A program made the translations under genes and the position numbers. A stretch of 64,000 bases of DNA from Octopus sinensis. Lineage: Eukaryota. The stretch covers positions 18,476,001 to 18,540,000 of the forward strand of contig NC_043016.1 of assembly GCF_006345805.1 (NCBI RefSeq). Direction: 5' to 3'. Shown here piece after piece: positions 11,700-24,463 of the stretch. The notes under the pieces are model-generated. The model saw only the letters and a list, made by a program, of their open reading frames with translations. It made no database searches and was not told the DNA's origin. The stretch's first letter is position 1, and the number at the start of each line of letters is the position of its first letter.

Positions 11700-11850
11700 T
11701 ACTCTAGGCACAAGGCCCGAAATTTTTGGATAGGGAGCCAGTCGATTAGATTGACTCAATACGCAACTGGCACTTAATTTATCGAACCCGAAAGGATGAA
11801 AAGCAATGTCGACTCCGGCGGAATTTGAACTCAGAACGTAAAGACAGATG
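11700..11850 (-). mobile_element. SINE family B, older copy
   Basis: CGAAAGGATGAAA..GTCGAC..CGGCGGAATTTGAACTCAGAACGTAA core. Confidence 0.8.
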
Positions 11851-13204
11851 ATAAAAGGTAGCTATATTATCGATGAAAGAGGCAGAGAAAAACGCTAATG
11901 AGTCAGAAGTGATGGTATGTTAGTGGAGGAGATTCTGGCTGCCGATATTGGAATTTCAACCTCACCACACAACAAATATATATGCTTCTGCGTAAGGTGA
12001 CCGTGTCGTCTGTTGTTAAATTATGCGCTATACTGATGGGATGAAGTTTTAGAGAATGTACACTAAGATGACACAAAACCTCCAAAAAAGGATAGTCATA
12101 ACTGATTCAAGCCATGTCTTTGTGTATGCACCAGTCTTGTGTTTAAGTACCTCTACATGTATGTGCATTTTATATCCTAGATCTCCATGACCAGGTTTGA
12201 TCCTAGATTAAGCAACAACAAAAATTTAGGATATACCGTAGTGACATTAATTCTTATTCATCTGCAGTTTTCGGATATGATCAATTTTTTAAAGTATTTA
12301 TGATGGCGCTAAGGCAGTGGAATGGCCGTCATTATGGCAGATAAAAATATCTTGCGATATTCGTTATGGCTCTCAACATTCTGACTACAAATTCCGCCAT
12401 TTTTTATCATTAATATAATAAATTACCAGTTTAGCACTTGGATTGATTCTTCTTTCTCGCTTCTCTGTACAAAAGTTTCTGTTGGGAGAGTAGCACTTTT
12501 GTCGGGTTAATGAAATGCTCAGGACTCTCCAATTTTTACAAGAATCTATGATGGTGCTGAGGTAGTGAATTGGCCGTCGTATTGTCGAATAAAAATTTTT
12601 TACGATATTCGTTACGGCTCTCTGCACTCTGATTTCAAATCCTGTCATCATCTATGATCAATGTCACAACGGCCCTCTTCGGCTCGCTTACAAGTTGCAG
12701 CTTCAGTTCAAAACAAACAATTAAGGATCATATTCTATAGTAAGAGAGTAATAGAGCCAAGAACAATATTCAATAAGTTCATTGTATTTTATACGTTGTA
12801 GTTAGACACCGTATATAAATCACGTGTATCAGTTGCAACAGGGTGTAAGTATACAATGTTAAGTGATATAGGATGCGGGAAGGTAACTATGTTATCTTAG
12901 ATCGTTGCCATTTTCTGCAGGTGTAACATTGTAAACAGTGTACCACAAAGGTATATAATAAGCACTTTTAATTTTGCAGTAGTTATATCTCAGATACACA
13001 CACACACACAGACACATTGATTAGTTTTACTTGTTTCTTTAATACATGATCGGATCATTGCCAACGAGTTTCGACCCAGTCCCTCTCTCCAAAGTATTGA
13101 TAACAGCCGGAAATCCGGAGTACTTTTAAGTAATTGAGGAGAACCATTTCAATTTATACGCGAACAATGTATCTCAAATACAACTCGCCAGGTGCGCAAC
13201 CCAC

Positions 13205-13209
<5 letters not shown>

Positions 13210-13245
<36 letters not shown>

Positions 13246-14045
13246 ATATGGCTCAAACATACTTTCACACACATAGTGAAGTAATGATTATCTCATATCT
13301 TCCATTTTAGTCACCTGTTAAGAAATTAAATACCTCTTGGCATGCAAATATTCTTTCGGTGAAAATGACTAATCTAATCCTGCGTGTTTGCCTACCTGCC
13401 TGCCTTCCCGTGTGTAGCTTATGCGTCCGCATCTATGTTTGTCTTCTTTTATTTATTTATTTATTTATTTATTTATCTATTTGTATTCCTTATATATTTA
13501 TTTATGAAGCTATCGTATTGTTTCGAATAGAAGTGTCTATATTATTATTATTACGGGTAAAGAGACGCGAGTTTGAGTACGCTTACTTGAATATGAGAGT
13601 ATGTATGTTAAATCTTGTTTGTATCGTATCCATGCGAGATTTTTTACTCTTAAGTAGTGTGTGTGTGTGTGTGTGTGTGCACGTGTGCGTTCATATGTGT
13701 GCACGCACGTTTATACTCTCGACTGTTTTGAGTGCCTCTGTTTGCCTGTCGGCCTGTCTGAATTTCTATGAATGTGCCTGCAGTGGTGATGTATTGGAAC
13801 TTCACAATTAGGGATTTTTTTTTTTTCTTTTTCTTCTTTTTCGTTGAAAATCCTTTACAGTTTTTTTTCATGCTTTTCGTCTCTGATCTGACACACACAC
13901 TATATATAATACGCCGTACGCACTCTATAACCACATCATTCCATACACCCAACACATCACCACGCTCCAACCGCCACCACAACACCACCACCCACCACCC
14001 ACACCTCCACCTCTACCTCTCTCACTCTCTCTCTCTCTCATCTCT

Positions 14046-14119
<74 letters not shown>

Positions 14120-14879
14120 ATATGGCTCAAAAATACTTCACACACATAGTGAAGTAATGATTATCTCATATCTTCCATTTTAGTCACCTGTTAAGAAATT
14201 AAATACCTTGGCATGCAAATATTCTTTCGGTGAAAATGACTAATCTAATCTGCGTGGTGGCCTACCTGCCTGCCTTCCCGTGTGTAGCTTATGCGTCCGC
14301 ATCTATGTTTGTCTTCTTTTATTTATTTATTTATTTATTTATTTATCTATTTGTATTCCTATATATTTATTTATGAAGCTATCGTATCTGTGTTTCGAAT
14401 AGAAGTGTCTATATTATATTATTAGGGGTAAAGAGACGCGAGTTTGAGTACGCTTACTTGAATATGAGAGTATGTATGTAAAATCTTGTTTGTATCGTAT
14501 CCATGCGAGATTTTTTACTCTTAAGTAGTAGTGTGTGTGTGTGTGGTGTGTGCACGTGTGCGTTCATATGTGTGCACAGCCGTTTATACTCTCGACTGTT
14601 TTTGAGTGCCTCTGTTTGCCTGTCGGCCTGTCTGAATTTCTATGAATGTGCCTGCAGTGGTGATGTATTGGAACTTCACAATTAGGGATTTTTTTTTTTT
14701 CTTTTTCTTCTTTTTCGTTGAAAATCCTTTACAGTTTTTTTTCCATGCTTTTCGTCTCTGATCTGACACACACACTATATATAATACGCCGTACCACTCT
14801 ATACCACATCATTCCATACACCCAACACATCACCACGCTCCAACCGCCACTACCAACACCACCACCACCACCTCCACCT

Positions 14880-14916
<37 letters not shown>

Positions 14917-14960
14917 ATCTCTCTCTCCTCTCTCTCTCTCTCTCTCTATTCTCCTCCTCT
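13210..14960. repeat. Tandem duplication, ~875 bp unit, bounded by (CT)n tracts
   Basis: CTAATATGGCTCAAA... recurs near 13244 and 14117. The copies are colinear with many 1-2 nt indels. Confidence 0.9.
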
Positions 14961-15123
14961 CTCTTTCCTTCTTTAAATCTTCAGTGACCCGGTTCTGGTT
15001 ATACCATCTGTTTACAAAGTGATAAAACCTAGCTGGACAGATACTCACACCAGCAGGTATACTCACACATACGAATTGACACACGGACGACGCAGTCGCA
15101 TACATTACATACAGATGTGCACA

Positions 15124-15166
<43 letters not shown>

Positions 15167-15289
15167 CACATACCACACATGCATATACTCCCGCCCTTTT
15201 TTCTATGTCCTTTCTAGATTTTTTTCACTCTATTTCTTTCTATTTTCCTCTTTCTTCATTTCCCTTTCTCTATCTCTAACGATTTTACA

Positions 15290-15780
15290 TTTCTCTGTTT
15301 CTCTCTCTCTCTCTTTCTATCTCTCTCTCTCTCTTTCTATCTATCTATCTCTCTCTTTCTATCTATCTATCTCTCTCTTTCTATCTATCTCTCTCTTTCT
15401 ATCTATCTCTCTCTTTCTATCTATCTCTTTCTATCTATCTCTCTCTTTCTATCTATCTCTCTCTTTCTATCTCTCTCTTTCTATCTCTCTCTCTTTCTAT
15501 CTATCTCTCTCTTTCTATCTATCTCTCTCTTTCTATCTATCTCTCTCTTCTATCTCTCTCTTTCTATCTCTCTCCTTTTCTCATCTTCTTCTCTCTCTCT
15601 CTCTTCTCTTTCTATTCTCTATCTCTCTCTCTTTCTATTCTATCTCTCTCTCTTTCTTTCTATCTCTATCTCTCACTCTCTCTCTTTCTCTCACTCTCTC
15701 TATCTCTCTTTCTATCTCTCTTTCTCGCTTGCTCTCTCGCGCACCCGTCTCTCTTTGTCCTCTCCTCCCTGATTATCTCT
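15290..15780. repeat. (CT)n/(CTAT)n compound minisatellite
   Basis: Repeated CTCTCTCTTTCTATCTAT-type units. Confidence 0.9.
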
Positions 15781-15866
15781 ATTTGTCACTCTTTGTGTCC
15801 ATCTGATTAGTTTTACACACACACACACATCTCACTCTCTCTCTCTCTCTGTATATATGTATATAT

Positions 15867-15908
<42 letters not shown>

Positions 15909-16384
15909 CAGTCAAATGACAAAGAAGTGATAGATAGATAGATAGATAGATACACAATGCACAGTGTGTGCGCGTGTGTAAGAGAGAGAGGAGAATACAT
16001 ATCCTACAATAATGGCTGTATTGTGTGTGCCCCTGTAAAGTCTCTGCTGCTGTTTTAGCTATCAAGTATGTGGTGTTAACGAGCGGGTAAAACTGTTATT
16101 ATAATTACTGCTGCTGTTGTTAACATCTTTTCTTCTCTTTGTCATCATTGTTATGAAACATTGCTATTTATTTCGATCATAAATACCAATTACATTCCCT
16201 CAAATTTACAAACGTTTTGGTTTGTCTCAAAGCAAAACAAAAAACAAACAAAAACAAAAATAACAAAACAAAAAAATTAAACTACTTCTCTCATTCATAT
16301 TTCAGCAGATTATTATAGGTTTAGACCATTTAGCAGAGCAGATAATCCTATTTAATAAACTGGGTTTATCTTTTGCTGTGTGAA

Positions 16385-16388
<4 letters not shown>

Positions 16389-16424
<36 letters not shown>

Positions 16425-16590
16425 CGCACACACACACACGCACACACGCACACACGCACACGCACACGCACACGCACACGCACACACACAGACACACTCA
16501 CACACACACACTCACACACACACACTCACACAACACACACTCACACACACACACTCACACACATACATACAATACATACATAATACACAC

Positions 16591-16622
<32 letters not shown>

Positions 16623-16672
16623 CATATATACACACACACACACACACCATACACACACACACACACACACAC
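16389..16672. repeat. (CA)n compound microsatellite
   Basis: Seen directly. Confidence 0.95.
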
Positions 16673-17071
16673 GTGCATAATTATACAGGCACGGCTACAA
16701 TGGTGATTGCTCCATCTTTACCGATGGTTTCCGTCTCATTGTGCTTCCTCGTTGTCGATGGCATTTCTAAACTTTCCATCCATGACCTCTCAGATGAATA
16801 TTCAGTCCCGTTGCAGATCTGCATCGTTTGTAGCATAGATAACAGACGAAAGTTGTAAATAATTGGGCGGTTCCAACTGGTTAGGTCGAGCCACGTTACT
16901 CACCGTCCTTCCATCGCCATGGCACCTTCTGCAGATGGGACGATAAATGAGGTCACCCACCATAAAGAGACATCTGTCCCTGGGTACTATTCAAAGAGGC
17001 TCAAAGTGTGGTACTCCTGCTGCATAAATATTTATCACTATAATCCACATACATAAAATACACACAAACCA

Positions 17072-17336
17072 CAGGAGGTGGTGTGTGGCAAGAAGCTTGC
17101 TTCCAAACCACATGGTTCCGGGTCAGTCCCACTGCGTGGCACCTTGGGTCCCACTGCGTAGCTTCTACTACAGCTTCCGGTCAACCAAAGCCTTGTTCCC
17201 GTCTAACTCACAAGGCTTTGGTCGGCCCGAGGCTATAGTAGAAGACACTTGCCAAAGGTGCCACGCAGTGGAAATGAACCTGGAACCATGTGGTTCGTAA
17301 GCAAGCTACTTACCACACAGCCACTCCTGCGCCTAT
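17072..17336. mobile_element. Two family A SINE 5' halves in inverted orientation
   Basis: A plus-strand half (17072-17196) and a minus-strand half (17210-17336) meet at AAAGCCTTGT..ACAAGGCTTT. Confidence 0.85.
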
Positions 17337-17734
17337 TTTCGTTGTGCCTTGTATTCATTCACTCATAAAGGGCACAGCAAGATGGGATTCTTTCGCAGTG
17401 TCTCGCAACCAGATAAGATCAGAACTCGGTATTGGATGTTGCTCCAAAGCTGTTTAGCAATAACCCATAAAGCGTGGGGTTTTTTCGTACTTTTCCCATT
17501 CCATATCGGTGTTTCTGCAAATATCATGTCTACTACGCTTTTTCCTTATGTGCTTATGTGAGCGCACGCGTGTGTGTGTGCGCGCATATGTATGTGTTTG
17601 CGTGTGTGTGTGTGTGTGTGTGTTTGAATACTTCGTAGTAGATGTTGGCATACAAAACATTTGACGAGCCCTCCGCAACGAAACTTCGTAGTCAACTCTT
17701 TTAAGATATTTTCTCTAAATCGTGCAATTAAGTA

Positions 17735-17860
17735 AAGTTTTTCAGGGGCCCTTAAAATATCATTGTGGATCTCCAATTTATTATTTTGTTGCGTGGACCC
17801 CTCCCCCCCAATCTTATAAGGACCCTCAGGGGCCATATGGACCCCAGTTAAGAACCACTG
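17735..17860. mobile_element. hAT MITE terminal fragment
   Basis: CAGGGGCCCTTAAAAT..GTGGA.C.C and terminal GTTAAGAACCACTG match the 50850-51196 family. Confidence 0.65.
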
Positions 17861-17933
17861 GTTTAGATGCATAAATATAATCCGGCAGATATGTAGTTCA
17901 GGCAATATATGATAAAGCCCTACACCTCGTTAC

Positions 17934-17969
<36 letters not shown>

Positions 17970-17995
17970 ATATATATACAAATTGAGATAGGGGT

Positions 17996-18036
<41 letters not shown>

Positions 18037-18347
18037 ATAATATAAATATCTACGTATTCAAAGACAGTGTGGTTCAAAAACAAGATGAAGGGAGGTGAAA
18101 TGAAAAATAAAACACAGAAAGTAAAAAGACTAGCAGAAAGACATTCTCTAAATAAATATGTCTCCTGTCGCTTAGGATTGTCAATAGTACAAGAATTTAT
18201 AGTCCAAAGCTGATAGCAGTGCGACAGGGTTTTCTTTTTTCTTTTTTTTTTTTTTTTGCGGCGGGGAAAGAACGTAGAGGAAGGTTTAAAGAAGGTAGTT
18301 TGAAAAAGTGAACAAGGGATTAGAGGAGAAAGTTACTTACGTATGAA

Positions 18348-18392
<45 letters not shown>

Positions 18393-18925
18393 TGAGTGAG
18401 TGAGTGAGTGTTAGTAGGTGTATGAGAAAAAGGAAGAGAGTAATTTCTTATTGTAAGGAAAAAGAACAGCGACTACGTAAGGAAGAAAAACAAACTGTAA
18501 AGTTGTTGCTTTTTAGCTTCAGTTCAACCCTGATCGAACAGATCCCAAGATCAAAGGAATTTATAGTCAAGGGCCAATACTGCCCTTTATCTGAGAGAGT
18601 AAGATTGACTGAGTGAGGGAGTGTAGTCTGTAGTCCAGGATCAACTTTCTCTCTCTCTCTCTCTCTCCTTCCAATTTCAAGAAGATAGTGGGGAGTTTCA
18701 AAACATTTAGCTTTTTTTGACAGTTTACAGGCAAATATGTAGAAAATCACACGTTGACAGAAAAAAGATGGTGGGAATAAGAAAGAAAAGTGGCTGAAAT
18801 AATGGTGATATTTCGGAGGGAAAACGACGGAATTGTGTGTGTGTGTGAGTGAGTGAGTGAGACAGAGAGACAAACAGACAGAGAGTTTCCGAGAATGAAA
18901 TTATCATTATTGTTGACTAGTGTTT

Positions 18926-19340
18926 ATAGGCGTAGGAGTGGCTGTGTGGTAAGTAGCTTGTTTACCAACCACATGGTTCTGGGTTCAGTCCCACTGCGTG
19001 GCACCTTGGGCAAGTGTCTTCTACTATAGCCTCGGACCGACCAAAGCCTTGTGAGTGGATTTGGTAGACGGAAACTGAAAGAAGCCCGTCGTATATATGT
19101 ATATGTGTGTGTGTATATGTTTGTGTGTCTGTGTTTGTCCCCCTAGCATTGCTTGACAACCGATGCTGGTGTGTTTACGTCCTCGTAACTTAGCGGTTCG
19201 GCAAAAGAGACCGATAGAATAAGTACTGGGCTTTCAAAAGAATAAGTCCCGGAGTCGATTTGCTCGACTAAAGGCGGTGCTCCAGCATGGCCGCAGTCAA
19301 ATGACTGAAACAAGTAAAATAGTAAAAAGAGTAAAGAGAG
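18926..19340 (+). mobile_element. SINE family A, full length
   Basis: ATAGGCGTAGGAGTGGCTGTGTGG head through the tail. Confidence 0.92.
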
Positions 19341-20722
19341 TATATTAGAACCAGTATCCAAAGTTTTTCGGAGTTACCTTTTAGTCTTCTTCAGATACTT
19401 TTAGAATTAAAGATAGATCATAGCATTTACTATTAACATCGTTTCTGCCAACAAATCTATGAATTCTTTATGAAGAAGTGGATATTTATTAGGGAGCAGT
19501 GTATATAAAAAAAATTTTTTTAATGAGTGGAAATTTTATGTAATTCCATGGATTAAGAGATAAATTTCTTAATCATGTTCATCATTCTGTGAAGATCCAT
19601 ATCCCATTCTATGTAACATCTTTTACTCGGGGGACATAAGAACGAGCGTTTTCTCATTGAGAAAGTTATTAATGATAGCACGAAACGATTTTTTCTTTTT
19701 TCCTTTTTGTCTTTTATTTTCCTCTTACTGTTAATACCGATTTTTTTTAATTGTATTTTTCTAAACTCTGCCTTTAAGTTTCGTTATGGTTCAGTGCAGA
19801 GCTAACGAGAAAAGGTACTTCCCCTTTTACATAGGCTCTTCTGCTAGTGAAACCGGATATAAGGTCGGGCATAGAGAGATAGATAGATAGATGAAACGAA
19901 AGGGCAATATATATATATCAGGGAGTTTAACTAAAATGAAGCTTCTCAAAGCAGACAGAAGATTCCTTGTTCTTTCCTTTCGGCAAACAGAAGGACGTCT
20001 GAACGTTGAAAGCGTAACATGGAAAATAAGGATAAGGTTTGTGAGAAGGAGTGGGATTGGGGGACGGGGGCGCATTTCTTACAATTTGAGTAGAAACAAT
20101 AGATACTGGTCGCCTGAGAAAACTTTTCAGATAAAAATCGTTGCTGTGGGATGTTAGCTTTAGTAAGGGTTAGCTATGTCTAAGAAAGGAATGATAAAAA
20201 TTAAACTGCCCACGCGAAATAATAATAAACATCTTTTCTACTACAACTTAGACAGGTTTCGGCCAGTTAAAGGCCCAGGTCATGTCTAACTTAATAGCAC
20301 CACCTGGTGAAGTCTTTTAGATCGTGATTCACTCCCCATATATGAGGAACCATGGCCCACTCCAGCAAAGAGTTATTATTGTTGGAGACAGATTCGAGTC
20401 TGGGATTTTATTTGGAGGAATTTGTCCTGGGAACTTTTGAATTTTATGGGATCTGTGTCTGTTCTGATGTATTTTGTTATAGACGCAAGGTCTGAAATTT
20501 CGCCGCTGGAGAGAGCTAATCGATTATATTGACTTCAGTGCTCAACTGGTATTTATTTTATTGGCCGCCAAAAGGATGAAAGGTAAAGTCGACCTCAGCG
20601 TAATTTGAACTCAGAACGTAAAGACGGACGAAATGGTGCTAAGCATTTTATACGACGTGCTATCCATTCTGCCACCTCAATAGTAATATTCTTGTGCATG
20701 TGACACACATACAAGCATAATA

Positions 20723-20991
20723 GCGTCGACTGCAGGGTCATTCCGAAAAGCTCTACCTGCGACGATTTCATCTCAATCGAAGGAGAAGAGCTTTCTCCGT
20801 CCAGGTTGCGGATCCGTGGAACAAACTGCCAGACGAGATGGTGAAGATGCCGACGACCGCTTTGTTCAAAGCCTCCCTGGACCTCAGGTGGCCTGAACTC
20901 TTTACATGAACACCACCCTGTACTTAACTCCATGTCCCCCTACATGGCCTTGCTTTTTGCTTTTGAACCAAAAAATTAACTAACTAACTAA
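20723..20991 (+). mobile_element. CR1/L2-clade LINE 3' end (ORF2 C-terminus, 3' UTR, (CTAA)n tail)
   Basis: 20733-20909 reads QGHSEKLYLRRFHLNRRRRAFSVQVADPWNKLPDEMVKMPTTALFKASLDLRWPELFT*, matching the CR1 RGHxxKL...FSxRVxxxWNxLP...FKxxLD motif. Confidence 0.88.
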
Positions 20992-21403
20992 TTATTCGTA
21001 TGAGTTATTATTTAATCGTAACTCATTTGTTTTGTAGAACTGATTTCTTGTGAGGTTTCTGTGGTGATTCTATGATTCAGAGAGACTCTTAGAATTCTCT
21101 AAAATCTTGTGAGTGTGTGTGTGAGTGAGTGAGTGAGTGAGAGAGAGAGAGCATAAGCCTTTAGCAAGAAAAAAACTAAAGATATCAAAGAAACAACAAA
21201 ATTACGTGAAATAGTGAAATAAGACAACAAAAAGCTGTTTCGACTTTTAGCGGCGTATTCTTGCCCATGTGACACACACATACAAGCATAATCAATCAGA
21301 CATTTTCTTTTCCCCTCTATCACCTGAAATCGTAAGAGACAAAATACTTATTCCTTTAGTAGTGTGTTCCCAGTTGCTAGCCGGCTCGCTTCATAAAAGA
21401 TTA

Positions 21404-21571
21404 ATAGGCGCAGGAGTGGCTGTGTGGTAAGTAGCTTGCTAACCAACCACATGGTTCCGGGTTCAGTCCCACTGCGTGGCATCTTGGGCAAGTGTCTTCT
21501 GCTATAGCTCCGGGCCGACCAATGCCTTGTGAGTGGATTTGGTAGACGGAAACTGAAAGAAGCCCGTCGTA

Positions 21572-21629
<58 letters not shown>

Positions 21630-21866
21630 GTGTGTGTATGTGTTTGTGTGTCTGTGGTTGTCCCCCCAACATCGCTTGACAACCGATGCTGGTGTGTGTA
21701 CGTCCCCGTCACTTAGCGGTTCGGCAAAAGAGACCGATAGAATAAGTACTGGGCTTACAAAGAATAAGTCCCGGGGTCGATTTGCTCGACTAAAAGGCGG
21801 TGCTCCAGCATGGCCGCAGTCAAATGACTGAAACAAGTAAAAAGAGAAAAAGAGAAAAAAGAGTAA
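21404..21866 (+). mobile_element. SINE family A, full length
   Basis: Consensus match with an expanded internal (TA)n. Confidence 0.92.
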
Positions 21867-22197
21867 ACTAAATGGGGGCAATCTCTGCTTGGTCACTCGC
21901 CTGCTAAAAATAACCACCAAATTGTACGCAAATCACACCTCACTAACTCTGAAGAAAAGGCTATATTCGATAATGTTGTTCTGGACATCTCATTCCTGAA
22001 AATAAAGATAGGACAATGATGGTAGTAATGCAATAATCATAGTTCTGTTTGAAAGAAGCTAAGCAGCAATAAAAGTTTTAGAGATGGAATTTCTAAATCA
22101 CTAGTAATTCTAATTTTGACACAAATTCAGCCATTTTGCGGAGAGAGGACAAATCGACATCGACCCCAGTACTCAAGTGGTACTTGTTTTATCATGA

Positions 22198-22429
22198 AGG
22201 CGGCAAACTGGCAGAATCGTTAGCACGCCGGGCGAAATGCTTAGCGGTATTTAGTCTGCTGCTACGTTCTGAGTTCAAATTCCGCCGAGGTCGACTTTTC
22301 CTTTCATCCTTTCGGGGTCGATTAAATAAGTACCAGTTACACACTGGGGTCAATGTAATCGACTTAATCCGTTTGTCTGTCCTTGTTTGTCTTCTCTGTG
22401 TTTAGCCCCTTGTGGGTAGTAAAGAAATA
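22198..22429 (+). mobile_element. SINE family B nested in an older family B copy
   Basis: tRNA-like head GGCGGC..TGGCAGAATCGTTAGC and B-box GTTCAAATTCC. 15-bp duplication GGTACTTGTTTTATC at 22179 and 22430. Confidence 0.88.
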
Positions 22430-22782
22430 GGTACTTGTTTTATCGACCGTAAGAGGTTCAAAGGCAAGGACGAATCTAAAGCCGGAAGAAATGCCGCGAA
22501 CGGGCATACGATTCTGTCAGCCCGTTGCCTTCTCAGCCTCTGTTAATAGTTTTTTCTATTCTTTGATACAAGGGCAGCAGTTTTGAAGGGATGGAGCAGT
22601 CGATGACATCGACCCAAGTACCGACAGGATCAAAGGCAAAGTCAACCTCGGCGATTTTTGAACAGTAGCTATTGATAATGAATATTATTTACTCTCTCTC
22701 TGAACAGTGTATGAATTCTTCATTCAGAGCAATTACACAAAGCTATGTATTAACACACACACACATACACACACACAAGCGT

Positions 22783-22943
22783 GAGTGTCTGGTATGAAGC
22801 TAGCTTTCCAACCACATGGTTCCGGGTTCGGTCCCACTTTATGACACCTTGGGCAAGTGTCTTATACTATAACCTCGAGGCGACCAAAACCTTGCGTTGA
22901 AGATTTGGTGGACGGAACTGAAAGAAACCCGTCACGTGTATGT

Positions 22944-22994
<51 letters not shown>

Positions 22995-23486
22995 TTTCTT
23001 TATTTGTGAATTAAAGCTACCATTGGTTTCATGTTAAGAAAAGTAGGAGAATATCCTAGTGTCTTAATTTTTCAAGCCGGTCAAAATGGAGGCGAATACC
23101 TCTCTGCATGCAATCGGCTTGAAAAGTTAAGACACTAGGATATTCTCCTACTTTTATGAGCATAAAACTAATGGTAGCCTTAATTCACAAATAGAAATTA
23201 TATCCACCAATGTGGTGTCGAGCATTCATTTTCATCGTTTGACTTTTACGTCTGTATATATATATATGTGTGTGTGTGTGTGCGTGCGCGCGTGTTTGTC
23301 CATCACCACCGCTTGACAACCTGCGTTGGTATGTTTATGTTTCTGTAACTTAGCGGTTCGGCAAAAAAACAACGATAGAATAAATACTAGGTTTTAGTCC
23401 TGGGATCGATTTGTTCGTCTAAAACCCTTCAAGACGGTGCCCCAGCATGGCCGCAGTGAAATGACTGAAACAAGTAAAAGATAAAA
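22783..23486 (+). mobile_element. Diverged SINE family A split at its internal (TA)n by a fold-back insertion
   Basis: The 5' half ends near 22940 and the 3' half resumes near 23260. Confidence 0.75.
22992..23200. repeat. Fold-back element, ~87-bp imperfect arms, 35-bp spacer
   Basis: ...AAAAGTAGGAGAATATCCTAGTGTCTTAATTTTTCAAGCCG / CGGCTTGAAAAGTTAAGACACTAGGATATTCTCCTACTTTT... Confidence 0.88.
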
Positions 23487-24029
23487 TACATACATACATA
23501 CATACAGAGTACAACACACACACACTCACACATACAACGCACGTTTATTTATTTTTAGGGGACATTATGAATGATAGCATTTAAGGAAAACTCTTATCAC
23601 AACGAATCAAAAACTCAATACAATGCCTACTTCAGCGTAATTACTTATCACCGACTTCACTGAACCCGTCACAAAATACAAATCACCACCATGGCTGCCA
23701 TTGCCTTTATTGAAGCAATCACCTTCTTTATAATAACCACACATATCAAGGTGATAAAATCAGTCATACCTTCAGCCTAAATATATAAAAGATGAATTAT
23801 ATCTAGAACACTCCTTTTGAGATTTTAGGGGTTTTTTTGTTTTTTTGTTTTTCGTTTGGCTGTTTTTTTTTTCTGCTTTTTTCCCCCTCTACGCTGTTTG
23901 CTTTCTTCTTATCAGTGATCCCTTACTTAGCTCTAATATCGTTTTCCCGTTTAAACAGTATCATGCCGTTGTACGTACATCACTATTGTCAAACTGTTAC
24001 AGTAGTAAGCTGCTGTAATAACAACTATA

Positions 24030-24246
24030 TACTCTTTACTCTTTTACTTGTTTCAGTCATTTGACTGCGGCCATACTGGAGCACCGCCTTTAATCGAGAA
24101 ACTCGACCCCGGGACTTATTCTTTTGTAAGCCCATTACTTATGCTATCGGTCTCGTTTGCCGAACCGCTAAGTAACGGGGACATAAACACACCAGCTTCG
24201 GTTGTCAAGCAATGCTAGGGGGACAAACACAGACACACAAACACAT

Positions 24247-24295
<49 letters not shown>

Positions 24296-24463
24296 TACGA
24301 CAGGCTTCTTTCAGTTTCCGTCTACCAAATCCACTCACAAGGCATTGGTCGGCCCGGGGCTATGGCAGAAGACACTTGCCCAAGATGCCACGCAGTGGGA
24401 CTGAACCCGGAACCATGTGGTTGGTTAGCAAGCTACTTACCACACAGCCACTCCTGCGCCTAT
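24030..24463 (-). mobile_element. SINE family A, full length
   Basis: Consensus match. Confidence 0.92.

Noticed and set aside
15117-15806. Long low-complexity ORFs (LS, HT, CV, YI, ERK repeats; also 16380-16680, 39299-39859, 44572-45031, 57297-57947)
   Set aside because: Stop-free microsatellites.
18926-19000. tRNA-like heads with A and B boxes
   Set aside because: No complete cloverleaf; they continue into SINE bodies, so they are not tRNA genes.
19350-19396. Minus-strand CUGAAGA...CCGAAA hammerhead-like string
   Set aside because: Helix II does not pair and there is no UH at the cleavage position.
20244-20290. Minus-strand GGCC-loop-GGCC GAAA CCUG UC hammerhead 3' half
   Set aside because: The CUGANGA core is incomplete (CUG only); at best a deleted relic.
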